Source: Tubiluchus corallicola (Eukaryota; Animalia; Priapulida). From it: a DNA stretch of 64,000 nucleotides. The notes beneath the pieces are model-generated. The model had not been told where the DNA came from, ran no database searches, and saw nothing but the letters and a program-made list of their open reading frames with translations. A program made the translations under genes and the position numbers. Shown here piece by piece: positions 1 to 12,058 of the stretch; within the stretch, counting starts at the first letter, position 1, and every line of letters starts with the position of its first letter. The stretch spans positions 1-64,000 of the forward strand of contig JAQGDQ010000134.1 in the NCBI GenBank assembly GCA_030141605.1, given 5' to 3'.

Positions 1-199
1 ATTATTTCTGGTTGATCTTAGACCTGGTTGTTCTCTCGTTGCTGGAATTAAAGAACATAAAAAGCAAGCCAAAAATATAAATCTGTTTTCATGTGTGTTT
101 TGAAAAGGAATTATTGGGTGTGAAGTAGTGAACAGTTTTATGTTTGGTGCTAAAATGTGAGGGATGCATAAGTTGATAGAGTGTACCATTTTTTACCCC

Positions 200-400
200 C
201 GCTTTAAAACTAGCTACTGATCAGAATAGCCATACTAATAACCTAAAGCAAACTCATACAAACAATAAATTTGGTAATAATTTAATAAGCAAGCAAGAAA
301 TTTATGTATGGAACTCCCCCATCTATTATCAAACAATCAGAATGGAATCATTAACTGTTTTAAAAAAGAAACTGAAACAATACTAACTAAGCCAACTAAG
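200..400 (+). mobile_element. Degenerate 3' end of a LINE (CR1/L2-group) ORF2
   Basis: Frameshifted reading WNS-P-SIIKQSE..INCFKK-KLKQY* resembles the 'LWNSLP..IK....FK.KLK' terminus of CR1/L2-type ORF2. It is followed by an AT-rich tail. Boundaries approximate. Confidence 0.4.
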
Positions 401-959
401 AAGATTCCAAAATCCTACTTACCTAAATGACAATAACTTCTTTAATTCAAACTTTGTACACCCATGTCCCCAATAACTGAAAGAGAAATTTCTTTAATTA
501 TAAATTCGCAACTCATAATTCATAAATGCTAATGTGTACAAATAATTTTTAATAGGTATGTATATACTAATGTAATGTGTAGATTGTAATAATTGATGAA
601 AATTTTGCTGTATTTATTATGTATTTAACTTATTGTATTGTACCTATTTTTTGTTATATATTATGTATTTAGTGTATATTGTAATAAATTTATATAAATT
701 TTATCTTACATTTATTATGTACTTTACTTATGGTATGGTGCCTATTATAGTAGTGTGAACCAATTGTATCTATGTATATAATTGCTTTTAGTTTTAATTT
801 TTATCCACCAGTAGTTTATAGTTTTGCACCGGACACATTTGCCTTTAACAGTGTTTTAGTTAAAATATTTTTAACACTGAGGATTGTAATCTATTTTGGT
901 GGCAAATAAAGTATATGTATATGTATATGTATATGTATACCAATTGTTTCTTCTTGCAG

Positions 960-1148
960 GAAGTACATGATCCAGAAAAAGTACTGAAAGGCGGTGGACT
1001 TCTACCACTAGGAGGCACCGAGATAGGCAGTGGCTACAAAGGCTACGGTCTGGCGATGCTAGTGGAAATCTTCTGTGGGATACTAGGAGGAGCCGCTTAC
1101 GGGCCGAACGTTCGCAAGTGGATGAACACGACAATCGAGGCTGATCTG
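960..1148 (+). CDS. Ldh_2-family (malate/L-lactate/sulfolactate dehydrogenase-like, YjmC-like) oxidoreductase, internal exon (earlier exons lie outside the window)
   Basis: ttcttgcag|GAA ... CTG|gtaaga, 189 nt, phase 0/0. Encodes EVHDPEKVLKGGGLLPLGGTEIGSGYKGYGLAMLVEIFCGILGG...; LLPLGG-x-GYKGYGLAM-VE-L-G is the Ldh_2 signature. Confidence 0.95.
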
Positions 1149-2114
1149 GTAAGAATAATTTTTTATTGTAAGTTGTTTATTATATTGTCAAGCAGAAGTA
1201 CAATGATGAATACAAGGATTCTAATGAAGCCTTTTTTCCTGCCATCTAAATTCATTTTTTATTTTTTTGCAAGTGCACTAGTTTTTCATTTTTATAGCCA
1301 AATTCCACCAAATGTAACTCACTCCCTGACACAAAGGTTATTAAGGTACTGGATTAAATTTGTATTACTTGTATTTCTTTTGCACATGGGGTTCTTCCTC
1401 CACTAGCTACACAGAAAGTAGTTTGTTCAAGTTTATAACACATCACTCCGACTAGGGATAGATCTGACCAAAATTTGGAACCAATCCACAGATGGAGCCA
1501 GGATATCAGCCGGAGCTCGATCTCAGATGTCGGATGGTTTTTAAATTTGCATTAGTCGTCTGCACAATTATGCCGTTTGTTTTTATTAAATCTATAAATG
1601 TTTCGTGTGAAACAATGAACTTCTAAGTTTCTCTTCTACAGTTCATTATTAAAAACTATAAACTGCTGTAACTTAGAAAAATATTCCCATTTTTTGTGAT
1701 TGTACTGTCTTTTTTAAATGCTAATTTTAAATTGAAATTAAAAAGGTAATGAAGTTAATTACATTTAGGTTATACCTTCGAACTAGGTCATCTGTCATTG
1801 TGTTTCTGTTGATTTATTTCTGCTTAAGTAAGCAAATGTTTATGCTACTGATTCCTAAACTGGCAGAGTATTGCAAAGTATTCCCATTTGCTACCTAATT
1901 GCGCAATTATAAGAACACCTTAAGTCTGTACTTTACTTTTGAATTTTATTTATAATTATAACAGTAGCCCTAGCTATAATATCGAATTTCGTTGGGGCCA
2001 AAACCCCTAGGTTGGCCAAAGACACCAGTTATACTAAAAGTCTCCAGGTCAGTTATAAGCACAACCCCCTAGCACTCTATTGTATGTAGTATCATGTTTT
2101 TTTATTATTTGCAG

Positions 2115-2210
2115 GGTCAGTGTTTTATTGCCATCAATCCGGAAGCTTTTGCTCCAGGTTTTAAGGACAGGATGAGTGATTTGATGGGAATCTGCCGAAA
2201 CCTTGATCCG
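2115..2210 (+). CDS. Ldh_2-family oxidoreductase, internal exon
   Basis: tttgcag|GGT ... CCG|gtaact, 96 nt, phase 0/0. Encodes GQCFIAINPEAFAPGFKDRMSDLMGICRNLDP (family motif G-x-F-x-A-I-N/D-P-x-x-F). Confidence 0.95.
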
Positions 2211-2756
2211 GTAACTCTTTTTCCTTTTAAAGAATCATATAATACTTTAGTTTTTATTCCATGAAACTTATAGTTCTTTTCTATAAAAAGATGGGAAATT
2301 TTTTGTGAAATATAAAAAAATTCTTTTTAGAGTCAAGATATAACAATTTAAGTGATGTTCATTTAATGTGTAAGTTGGGGATAACCCGGAGCATACTATG
2401 CTTGAATATGATTCATGTTTTGTCCAATCAAGTTTGTGTAGCCCATAACCATAAACCTTATGATGCAACCGTGTGCACAAACACATCTGTTTGGAAGTTC
2501 TTAAGACATAGAAATCTAAATTGGCATAGAAACTACTTTTACTAATTATTTATGATATTACTTTTCAGTTTTCAACTTGCAATAAAATAAACTCACATTT
2601 ATTAAATTTGAACTCTAGCAAAAATAAGGTATTTTTTATACCTATTGTTGTCTGGCATCTTCAAACCGATGTCCAGCGCTCAATAACAAGGCATATCACT
2701 AATGTTGAGTGGTTGTGGCAGAACTAGAACCTAGACTGTCATTAATTAAGACTTAT

Positions 2757-2900
2757 CCATGTTGAGCGTAGCTCATAAGTTAATTTCGTCTGCTATGCCC
2801 ATAGCACTGCAATGCATTGCTAATTTGCAATTGTATAACTTTTATTTTTGTATTGTGCTAAATGGATGAATCAATAAATCTATTCTAAATTGAATCTAAA
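2757..2900 (+). repeat. Retroelement-type 3' tail, copy 1 (inverted copy at 11925-12058)
   Basis: gttgagcg...tctgcta...tgcaatgc.ttgctaatttgcaattgtataact...aaatggatgaat.aataaatcta aligns by eye to the reverse complement of 11925-12058. Ends in AATAAA plus a short tandem tail. Confidence 0.65.
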
Positions 2901-4146
2901 TGTAAAGCACTCAACGGTCAGGTTCATTTCGGCCATAGTAGGATGATTTGCCACAAACCTCAACATGATAAGATGGAAGAGGCATTGGATGCAGTGTTGC
3001 TGTTTATACAGTATTTATTGGAACGTACCATAATTTGAGGCTTTAGAGCGTTCAAAAAAGACCGTGCGATAATCAATAATTATACGATAATTTAGTAATA
3101 AGAAACAAAAAGCAAAAATGTGAAAAATTGTGCATTGAAAACATTCAGAACATTACTGCTAGCAAGTGGGAAGCGAATAAACGGTTTCATTGTAGTTACC
3201 TAGAAAAAGCAACCATTTCATAAAAGAATGTTCATGATGGCGACACCAAGGCTTGATTCTGCATGAACCCAAATTAGTGAAATTTCACTGTATTATGATG
3301 TATTTGATTTTACACTTGTTAATGCCAGTTATTTGTGTTATACTTACTTATTAAGTACATAATTATACAACAATTTGCTGTACAGTACATAATAATTTTG
3401 GATTTGGGGCAGTGTGGTGAAAAATATGATACTTTTTAGTCTGTAGTACTATAATCAGCATCATGCAAAACGGTAAATCTGAGGGATGTGAACGATACCT
3501 TTCAATAGTAGTTTAACCAGTAGTCGCTCATCTGTTTACCCCGACTTCTTAGCTGTGTTAGGCTTCTATACCTCAACTGTGTAGCAAGGGGAATGTGATT
3601 AAGATGGAACAGAGTCTTGATTAGAGCCAGGAACTTTCAAGTTGTAAGTCCCAGCATCATATTAACATCATTGTTATAATCATCTTTATAACTTTCCGAC
3701 CAATCTAACATTTCCCATGGAGTCTATTCAAGGCCTTAAATTAAGTACAGAGAAAAATTACTGTAATGTGTCAGTATAATTACTCTTAATGTGAGTAAAT
3801 TATTACTTGAAAATATTCAGTGGTTGGTAAAACAATGCCATATTCATGTCTGGGTTGAATAGCTTAGTTCTCTGATCTCTGTTCACCTCTATACTCAGTC
3901 TCGACTTTTTCACATTGCTTTCTTTTTGGCCAAATTTTGTTTCAAAAAACCAATAATTTTTGGATCTTTCCATTATGAAACGATATGCTTTTTTGTAATT
4001 TTCAAAATTTTTGCATGTTGACTGATGTGAAATGTTATTTTAATTCGGTACAATAATTATAACTCTTTTTGAAGCCAATTTACTAGCATTATGCAGGCCC
4101 GAGTGGCATGAAGCAGGGAATAATTTGAACGGCTTCATTTCATTAG

Positions 4147-4257
4147 ATTGAGGGAGAGACGGAGGTTCTCGTCGCCGGAGATCCGGAGAGGAAGCACATG
4201 GCGAAGTGTGATAAAGAAGGAGGAATCCGGTATCATCCTAATCAGATCACACACATG
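4147..4257 (+). CDS. Ldh_2-family oxidoreductase, internal exon
   Basis: tttcattag|ATT ... ATG|gtaagc, 111 nt, phase 0/0. Encodes IEGETEVLVAGDPERKHMAKCDKEGGIRYHPNQITHM (V-x-x-A/P-G-D-P-E and GGI motifs). Confidence 0.93.
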
Positions 4258-6289
4258 GTAAGCTCCCATTGTTATCTTCCAGGCTAACGCCTATGTAGTG
4301 AAGCCGTGTGTGAAGATTGGACATGGTTGCCGTTGTTCATTACCTGTAGGTGCATTTGTTTAGCATGCTCTTGTGTTTTAGTGTGAGAAGTTAGATATCC
4401 ATTGGATAGTGCAAAACCCTGTTTTAATTGTATAGGCGCCTAAGTTGTTTGTTCAGTATGCTGCTGTTATAGATGAGTATGCCTCTCTTTTGCTTAAAGG
4501 TTGCTGTATAGATCCTCAAAGTGCATTTGTTTTCTTATTTTTATGTAAAGCTCTGAGTCTATAATAATTTATTTTTTAGCTTTATAGTTTCTGTTAGTAT
4601 GTACTTATTGTAAATTATTGATTTTTTTGTATCTGTTTAAAATATGTGCTTATGCATGTTTTGTATAGGCGTACATGTGTATGTAGGTGCATGCTCTTTT
4701 GTGTGTTAGAAATTTATTTATTAGTAAATTTTGTGTTTGTTTTATAATAGCGTAGGTAATGATTTAATTTCAAGTCATTTTCTGCTTATGCTTAATATTA
4801 ATGTTTTAATGCTTCTTCCTTATTTATTTGCATGTTTGTTGTGGCTTTATCCTCGTTTGATGTTCTTTTTTCTTGTTTTATATGGGAGTTTCAATTTTTC
4901 TTGCGATGACTGGCGAATAAAAGTCTGTCGCACAAACAGCCACCGTTTTTCACCCTTAATTTTGCTATTTATTCAAAATCCTGAATCAACATGATATTCA
5001 GTGAGCCTTTCTGGAATTTCACTATGCACATGCACAGTTATAGTACCTCAAATATTACATGTACTTTTATCCAGGTGCCTGTCCTCTGCCCAATGCTCAA
5101 ACAGACACACACCAAGCTAATGGTATACTCAAGTTACTATAAACACGAAATGTCATTTAAATATCAACAAAACGACATGTAACCCAAGTTAATTATACAG
5201 AATTTAGTTTACGTCAGTATCAGATAAGATGATAGCTAAATTAAATTATTTGACAAATGTTAATATGTCTCTTGTTCAAATAGCAGAACTAAACAGCATC
5301 AGCAATCGGCGGGTATAAATAAACACCTATTTCAATGACAGCAACAAAAGCATGGCAATGTCGATGTACACAGACCCGTAGTTATGGTTGCAGGATGCAA
5401 ATAACCTTTGTCTTTTTTACAATCATTATCAACCACTGGAACTATAAAAAGGCTTCCTGGGTTAGAATTATCTTGATTGGTTTCGTTCATTGTCACTGCC
5501 TGTCACCAGTTTGAGTCGTTTCCAAAGATAGTTGTGTTGTCATTTCACCATATATGTGAATTGAATTGAATTAAATTGACCATCACCTCACGATGCACTT
5601 CTCTGGTAAACATGGTCAGGTTTATCATTGTTACATCACATATCGTTACCTCTCTCTTTACACTTTTCTCTCCTGTTTTTGCTGTCACTAATAGCAAGTT
5701 TATCCTCATTTCTTTTTACTAATTAATCTTTGTTTCACTGTCAGAGTCTCTCAGTCCTTCTCACAGGCTCTCGCTTTTGAGGGCTCTGCTACACATCACA
5801 TAATTATTGTTATTGTGAGTAATAGAATAAGCTGGTGTAAAATTCTTTTTTCCATTCCATATTTTATTGTTGTTTGTCTAACTATTGTTGACAGGATATT
5901 TCAAAACTGTTTTGTTGTTATACTTTGCAGTATTGTACTATAAGCTTTATTTCCTTGTTTGTAATTATGTTTGAAATCAATAAATTATTAATGTTGTCAT
6001 CATCACCGCCATCGTCATCATTATCGTTGTTATTAATTCGGTGGGAGAAAAGCTAAAAAGCATAAAATCATCACTAAAAACCTGGTTTTAGCTGCTTGAG
6101 GCAGTGCGACATAACAAGGGCTGAACTGATTTAGCAATCTTGCACCATTTGCTTTGACTATAACAATCTTCAGTAATGCTTAAACAAAGGTTAATGTGAT
6201 CAAGTCTATGTTTCAAAGTTCCTTTCTGAGTTGATAAATGTGGAGAAAGTGTCAACTGTTAGTAATTCTTCTTGATATTTCCATTGCAG

Positions 6290-6340
6290 ATTGAGCTAGC
6301 AAAAGATATGGGCGTAGAACCAATGAAAGTGCTACCATAA
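6290..6340 (+). CDS. Ldh_2-family oxidoreductase, terminal coding exon
   Basis: tttccattgcag|ATT ... TAA. Encodes IELAKDMGVEPMKVLP*, matching the usual 'LA..LGV.P' C-terminus, in frame with the previous exon. Confidence 0.88.
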   Translation: MELAKDMGVEPMKVLP

Positions 6341-6601
6341 ACTGTGTACGTGAAACAGGACACAATAATTTTAAATCTAATGTAGGGCCAGATCTCTGTG
6401 AGTTTGCATCGAAGTACCTATATAATTAGGATTGTAGATAGTAGACACGTTTGTTAACGTAGAAGTTTAGTAGCATTTTACCTACAGTGATGTTGATTGT
6501 TGATTGTTTTGTTGTTGTTGTTGTTGTTTAGAAAAGCAGCTGTACTATCTGTACAATTTACTTTTCTCCATTTCATTCATATCCCACAGCAAATTCTATA
6601 A

Positions 6602-6859
6602 CCTTTCACATGGTAAAAGTGTGGGCAGTGGTCACACAGCCATTGGACAACCTTTTCAGCCAAATGGAAGACACATTGTAAGTATTGTTTACGTTACATC
6701 GCTCAAAGTATTTTAGTGTAAAACAGTTTCAAATTACATCTTAGCTAGGTTTGAAAATTGTTTGGTTAAAATGTTTCAAATTTGCTTTGAGCTGCATTGT
6801 GACCACACAAACTGTTTTGAAAACTATTTTGAAGCGGCTTATACTTGCCATGTGAAAAG
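6602..6859. mobile_element. Small MITE with ~12-bp terminal inverted repeats
   Basis: cctttcacatgg ... ccatgtgaaaag, with internal partial inverted repeats (aaacagtttcaaa / aaactgttttgaaa). Confidence 0.5.
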
Positions 6860-6910
6860 AGTGTCACATTGGATTCCATGGATTGTTTACTTTTATACTA
6901 TTTACATTTT

Positions 6911-7306
6911 AAGATGGGCTTAGGTCGACCTTGCGACGTAACTCAACTGTGAGCAACTTAACGACCCGGCAACTGGCCGCATATGGTACACTGCTAGTTC
7001 CGAGTATATCCAGTCAACATATGCAAGCTTACAATGCAACTCAATGCAACGCAACTCAGTTCCAGTGAGTTGCTCATAAAATACTTGCAGCATACGGTGT
7101 CCATCTAGTTTTAGCTGGGCATACCCAGTTTTAGCTGAGCATTGTTCATCAATGATTGTGGTCTGGTCAGAGATCTTTTCATCTGGGTGCGTTGTTACAC
7201 CTCACGGGAACTCGTATCTTCTTAGTTGCTGGAAATCAATCGCTGTCGACCTGAGCGTGTGTCTACTCCGAGTTCATCATGTCGCAGGTCATCCTAAGCT
7301 TGGCTT
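6911..7306. mobile_element. MITE with ~30-bp imperfect TIRs
   Basis: gcttaggtcgaccttgcgacgtaactc ... gagttcatcatgtcgcaggtcatcctaagc form an imperfect inverted pair. Confidence 0.6.
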
Positions 7307-7375
7307 CATGCACACACACATAATATTACGCCTTTTGTAATCAAAAGATTTGCGAGGAAAATTTTAATATTTTTT

Positions 7376-7381
7376 AATAAA
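7376..7381 (+). terminator. Candidate polyadenylation signal of the Ldh_2 gene
   Basis: First AATAAA I found after the 6340 stop, followed by U/GU-rich sequence. Confidence 0.4.
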
Positions 7382-8811
7382 GTATCTAGTTTGATATTAG
7401 TTGTTTTCCTTTGTCTAGCTTCATTAAGATGGGAAGCTTGGGGTGTAGTGTTGTACCTCTTTAGGCATTTTTTTAAAAGGCAATTTTAGTCGCGTCACAA
7501 ATTTGTTCATTCTATGTTTTGTGCTTAGTGCGAAATTTCTCATATTGACAGTGTCTAATTTTCTTGAAGTTTGTTAAATTTTACTGAAAATAAAGTTATT
7601 CAGACTTGAATAGTTAAAAATTTTAATATCATTGCTGCATTTCTAAACAATCGTTTGCTTATTGTTAGTTCATGTTGTTGTAACCAGTGTTATTTTCCAC
7701 TATTGAACATATTTTTCATATTTAAAAAGTGCAATTTGTCAGATTAACAGTTTTAAATGTTTGTTACAAGTCTCTGCAAATAATGTTTGCAACACAGGCA
7801 ATCATATTTTATCTTATGTAATTGAAAAGATATTTAATAAATGATAATGGTTTATTTTGTCATATACTATTTGATGTAAGCTAGATTTTAGTGTAAGGTA
7901 AGTCTTTAAATGTCTGTTGCAATGGAGGCAGCATGAGAAAGTTGAACAGTTGATTGCATAAATTGATTATTTGGCTTCTCCCTTCAGATAATTTACATGG
8001 TTATAAATGAATAATACCACAGATCTCACACTGGTAACATAAATGATAGTGACATCTTGTTGTACTAGAATTTTTATCTCTCTACAACTGAATATATTCT
8101 AGCTTGCCTGATTTTTCTTCTTATGTAGCAAGCAATATGTTTTAGCAATACAAATCAATCACAGTTTTTGTTTAGAAGTGTGAAGTCTACTATGTTGTTA
8201 TTATGTTGTTGTTAAACCAATTCCGTTCACTAGCTGTGCCAAAGTTGTTATTAGTAGTTATTTCAAAGTCTTGTTATTTGAAAGGTTTCAATGTTATTGA
8301 GCTTTGATGAACCATTTAAAAAACCAGTTGAGTCAGTAGTAGCAAAGTTTTTCAGTGATTGCAATGTAGAGCAAGGTGTCAGTCTTACCACAACCAGTAC
8401 TGTAATAAGTAGATACTGCTGATTGAGTATTAGGTACCAGCTTAATTGTATAAATAGGTAATCTCAGGTGCTTTACCTTTTTGGCCAGTATTTTTTTTTG
8501 ATAAATTGCCACATTTTTGTCAATGCGAAAAATGCGTGTGAACTTCTGTTGAACTACTAAAGCAATCGCTTGTGTTTTTTACTGTTAGGAAATGTTTAAA
8601 TTTATAAGCAAAAAAGTTATAAAGTTGAAATTGTATAAAAATTGTTGTGCTGTTGTAAAAATGATTGTTGTACGTTTTACTTACAAATACAATGTGAAGT
8701 GGTCAATTCCTGTATGAGATTACAATACATCTTAAATGGTTTATTGGTCAGGCTGACCAGTGACTGGAAGTTCCCACTGCTATAGTTTTTGGGTTACTCG
8801 CTTGTATTTAA

Positions 8812-9330
8812 AGGCCTATATGACACTAAAGACATAGAAGTTATTTTAACACATTATTATTACATAAAGAATTCATTGTTATTAAACAATAGAGACTTAT
8901 AAATTTAATTACTTACCTTATTCTGGTGGCGATTTTTGAACGCGTGTATTGCCGTAAAGATCGCCATGTTTCGCGTCTTTAGCGCAAGTGAGCGAGAATG
9001 ACATACATAGTGCAGAAGGCGCCTTTCATTACCGATGTCTGTTTTCCGGTCTTTGGTGACCTCGTGACTGGACTCATAACGTCATTTGTCTCGCGCAACT
9101 AAAAATTTATTACCGGTAACAACGAAGTGATAAAAAATCAAAAGAAACAAGCTTTACAGTAAATTTATAATGATATAAATTGAATATTTGTAGTCAGAGT
9201 AGGATTTTAAGTTGTAGAAGCTTATATTATAGTGAAGGCTTAGTTTGACTTTAACTCTGTAATGCCATTCATTTCACCGCGAAGCCAGTTTTTGTCATGT
9301 AATGCCAAACTTTGCCATTAAATCATTGTG
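8812..9330 (+). mobile_element. Non-autonomous Kolobok-like DNA transposon, family B, copy 1 (right end not defined)
   Basis: TTAA|AGGCCTATATGACAC start. Segments gtgagcgagaatgac, gtgacctcgtgactg.actcata and gtagaagcttatattatag...ggcttagtttgacttta recur inverted at 63125-63539. Confidence 0.65.
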
Positions 9331-10339
9331 AGGCAAATGATGCATACTAAATTTTCACAAATAATTAAAGTCTATGGCAACTGTAAGGGCATATCTATAA
9401 TCTCTTAAAGCACAGTTAGCTTTTTACCATCATTTCGAGCACAGTAAGGAAATAATAGGTAGAATGTTCGAACATTATTGATCATCTATGGGGGAATATA
9501 CTAGGCTTGTCATTTCACGCATTTTCAATATTGGGTAAAATGTTTTTGCTGTTGCTATTGTTTGGTGGCATGGTTTACTGAAGTGTTTTTTTTTATATTG
9601 TGACATCACAATAAAGCACTTTTCCACAAAAATTGTTCAGTGATTGTCATCCGAAATGTAGAATGTTACTAAAGTTTTACGTTCTACAAATACGTGCAAG
9701 CAGAACTTACATGTGTGCGCATGTGCAACAAGCGAGTAATCCAATGCTTCGCAATTCGGACTAGCTTTTTTGTAACTCTCTCAGATTGCTCAAGACTTTT
9801 TGCTCATTCTGGTATAACTAGTGTTTTTGTTTTGTAAATGTTATAAGTTGTAGTTTGACTGCAATTTCGAATTAGAGGCTTATGAAAGAGAATTAGTAGT
9901 TCACTTTTGTTTCTGTATGTCTGTGCGTCTATCCATGAAAACTTATTGGTTGTACTTTCGTTTAATTATAAATGACAACTGTGTGAACCAGCCCTAAAAT
10001 TATGGTGCTATTGGTGAACTGGAAATTAGTAATATAGTCACCTGTCTGTTTTGGCTATTGCATTCTCTGACAAGGGTTGAGCTGTTTATCAATTGGGATA
10101 TCATAGCACATTTTTCCATATTTGTCATGTAGTAGGAAACATTAAAACCTTTCAGTGTCAATAAATTTTTCTTTCTGTTATGCTATTTCATTGATGATGA
10201 GTTACACTACACATTGAGAGCCTTTTATTTGAGTCAATATCTTTGTTACTGTTATTATTATTATTGTCTTCCAATAAAAGGGGAAATAAAAAAATTTATA
10301 TTTTAGCATATTACACATATCGGTTGTCTGATGAGTTTA

Positions 10340-10802
10340 ATTTAAATTCATTTAAATTATTAACACTCAATTTAAATTTACAGATAAAGTAGATAAGTAC
10401 ATTACAATACCACACTATACATTACAACACAATAAAAAGTACATTAAAATAATTTCCTTCTCAGCAAATTTTATTATTATCTACTTTTTAATTGTCACAG
10501 GTATCTGTATTTTATATTTTTATGATGTTGTGTACTTCGAAGTATTAGTAGCTTTCTAATTTTTTCCTTGCTACTATACTCTTGCTGTTGCTGCTGACAT
10601 TAATAATGACGACGACAACGTTGATGATGATGATGACAGTATTATTGGTAGTAAATATAAACTGATTATGCTTTCCATTGATCTGTTAGTTTAATTTCAT
10701 TTAATTTATTAACACTCAATTTAAATTTACAGATAATGTACGTAAGGTATAATATTACAAAACTATGCATTTACAACAATAAAAAGTACATTAAAATAAT
10801 TT
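10340..10802. repeat. Two ~115-bp direct copies (10340-10455 and 10690-10802), likely retroelement tails on the minus strand
   Basis: Both share tattaacactcaatttaaatttacagataa...caataaaaagtacattaaaataattt. Confidence 0.7.
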
Positions 10803-11924
10803 TTTTGAGTGTTTGGGAGACAAAGAGAAAAACTGCTTACATGTGTCTTTTATTTTAAGAAAGTTACCAATATCAATAAAACACAATCTTTTACTGATTA
10901 ATAATTTACGTCAGTTTTATACGTACTAATAATTACACTTTTAACATTTGTGCTAAATAATCTAAAAATCATATTAATTTCTGTAACTATTATTCATATA
11001 GGCTTGTATTTCAATACTTCAATACAACCATGCATTAGATTTTAACTTTTGTGAAATGCTAGGTACAGGAAAGAGCAACCGTTTTTAATAGAAAGTTCGA
11101 ACCAAATAAAACCTTAGAAGATCAGATAAAGTGTTTACAGTTTTCTTATTGGCATTGTAATACTAGTAGCGGAAATTTCGGATCTAATACTGTTTTCCAT
11201 GATATACATAAAAACAGACCCAACGTTGGTACAAAATGTAGCTGAATTAGTTGCAAGATCTCGCGCTAGATGGCGGCAAGGTAATAAAACATGACGTATT
11301 TGCGTTCACTATGAACAGATGGAGTAGTTAGATTAGAACTATCATCTTACTGTTATCTTTTGATAGGGAATTCCACTAAGTAATCCCAGTTAAATACATT
11401 TTTCTTCTCAATTATAGGTTATAACATCGTGTGCAATAATGTCTTACCAGCGTCGGAAATAACGCCACTTATTAGTTATTACTGAATCAACTAACTTTAG
11501 TCAGTTGCAAATTTACAAAATTATCCTTAATTTCATATGTTGAACATAAAACTTGCAACTGTTTTGCATTTTCAGAAAACAGACTTGGCAGCATCTATAT
11601 GTACATCCATTGTCTTATTTTAGATTTAGAAGAGATGCTTGATAACAAACCAGATACCAGTCTCGTCACGGCCATCTTGATCCGCAGCGTGCTGTGATGT
11701 ATAAGATATCATTCTTTCACATTGTTTCAAATTTGCTCGATAGGTAACTCTACGATGGTTTTCTGAAATTTCTTAGAAAATGTGATTTGAAGATGATTGC
11801 TTTTTGCCTGTTGGGTAGTTTGTTTGCTAGCTGGTTCTTTAACTGACTCTGGTTAGCGTGCGTGTCTTGTTGTGGTCAATGGATTTGTTGACCTGTTAGT
11901 TGGCTTGGCTGTCTGGTTGGTTGT

Positions 11925-12058
11925 TTAGATTTTAGATATAGATTTATTTATTCATCCATTTAACACAATGCTAGTACAAGTTATACAATTACAAATTAAC
12001 AACGCATTGCAGGGATATGAGCGTAGCAGATTATAAGCAAGTTGCGCTCAACATCGAC
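11925..12058 (-). repeat. Retroelement-type 3' tail, copy 2
   Basis: Reverse-complement homolog of 2757-2900. Confidence 0.65.

Noticed and set aside
915-1406. 163-aa ORF taken as a complete protein
   Set aside because: Only 960-1148 is exon; the rest is read-through into intron on both sides.
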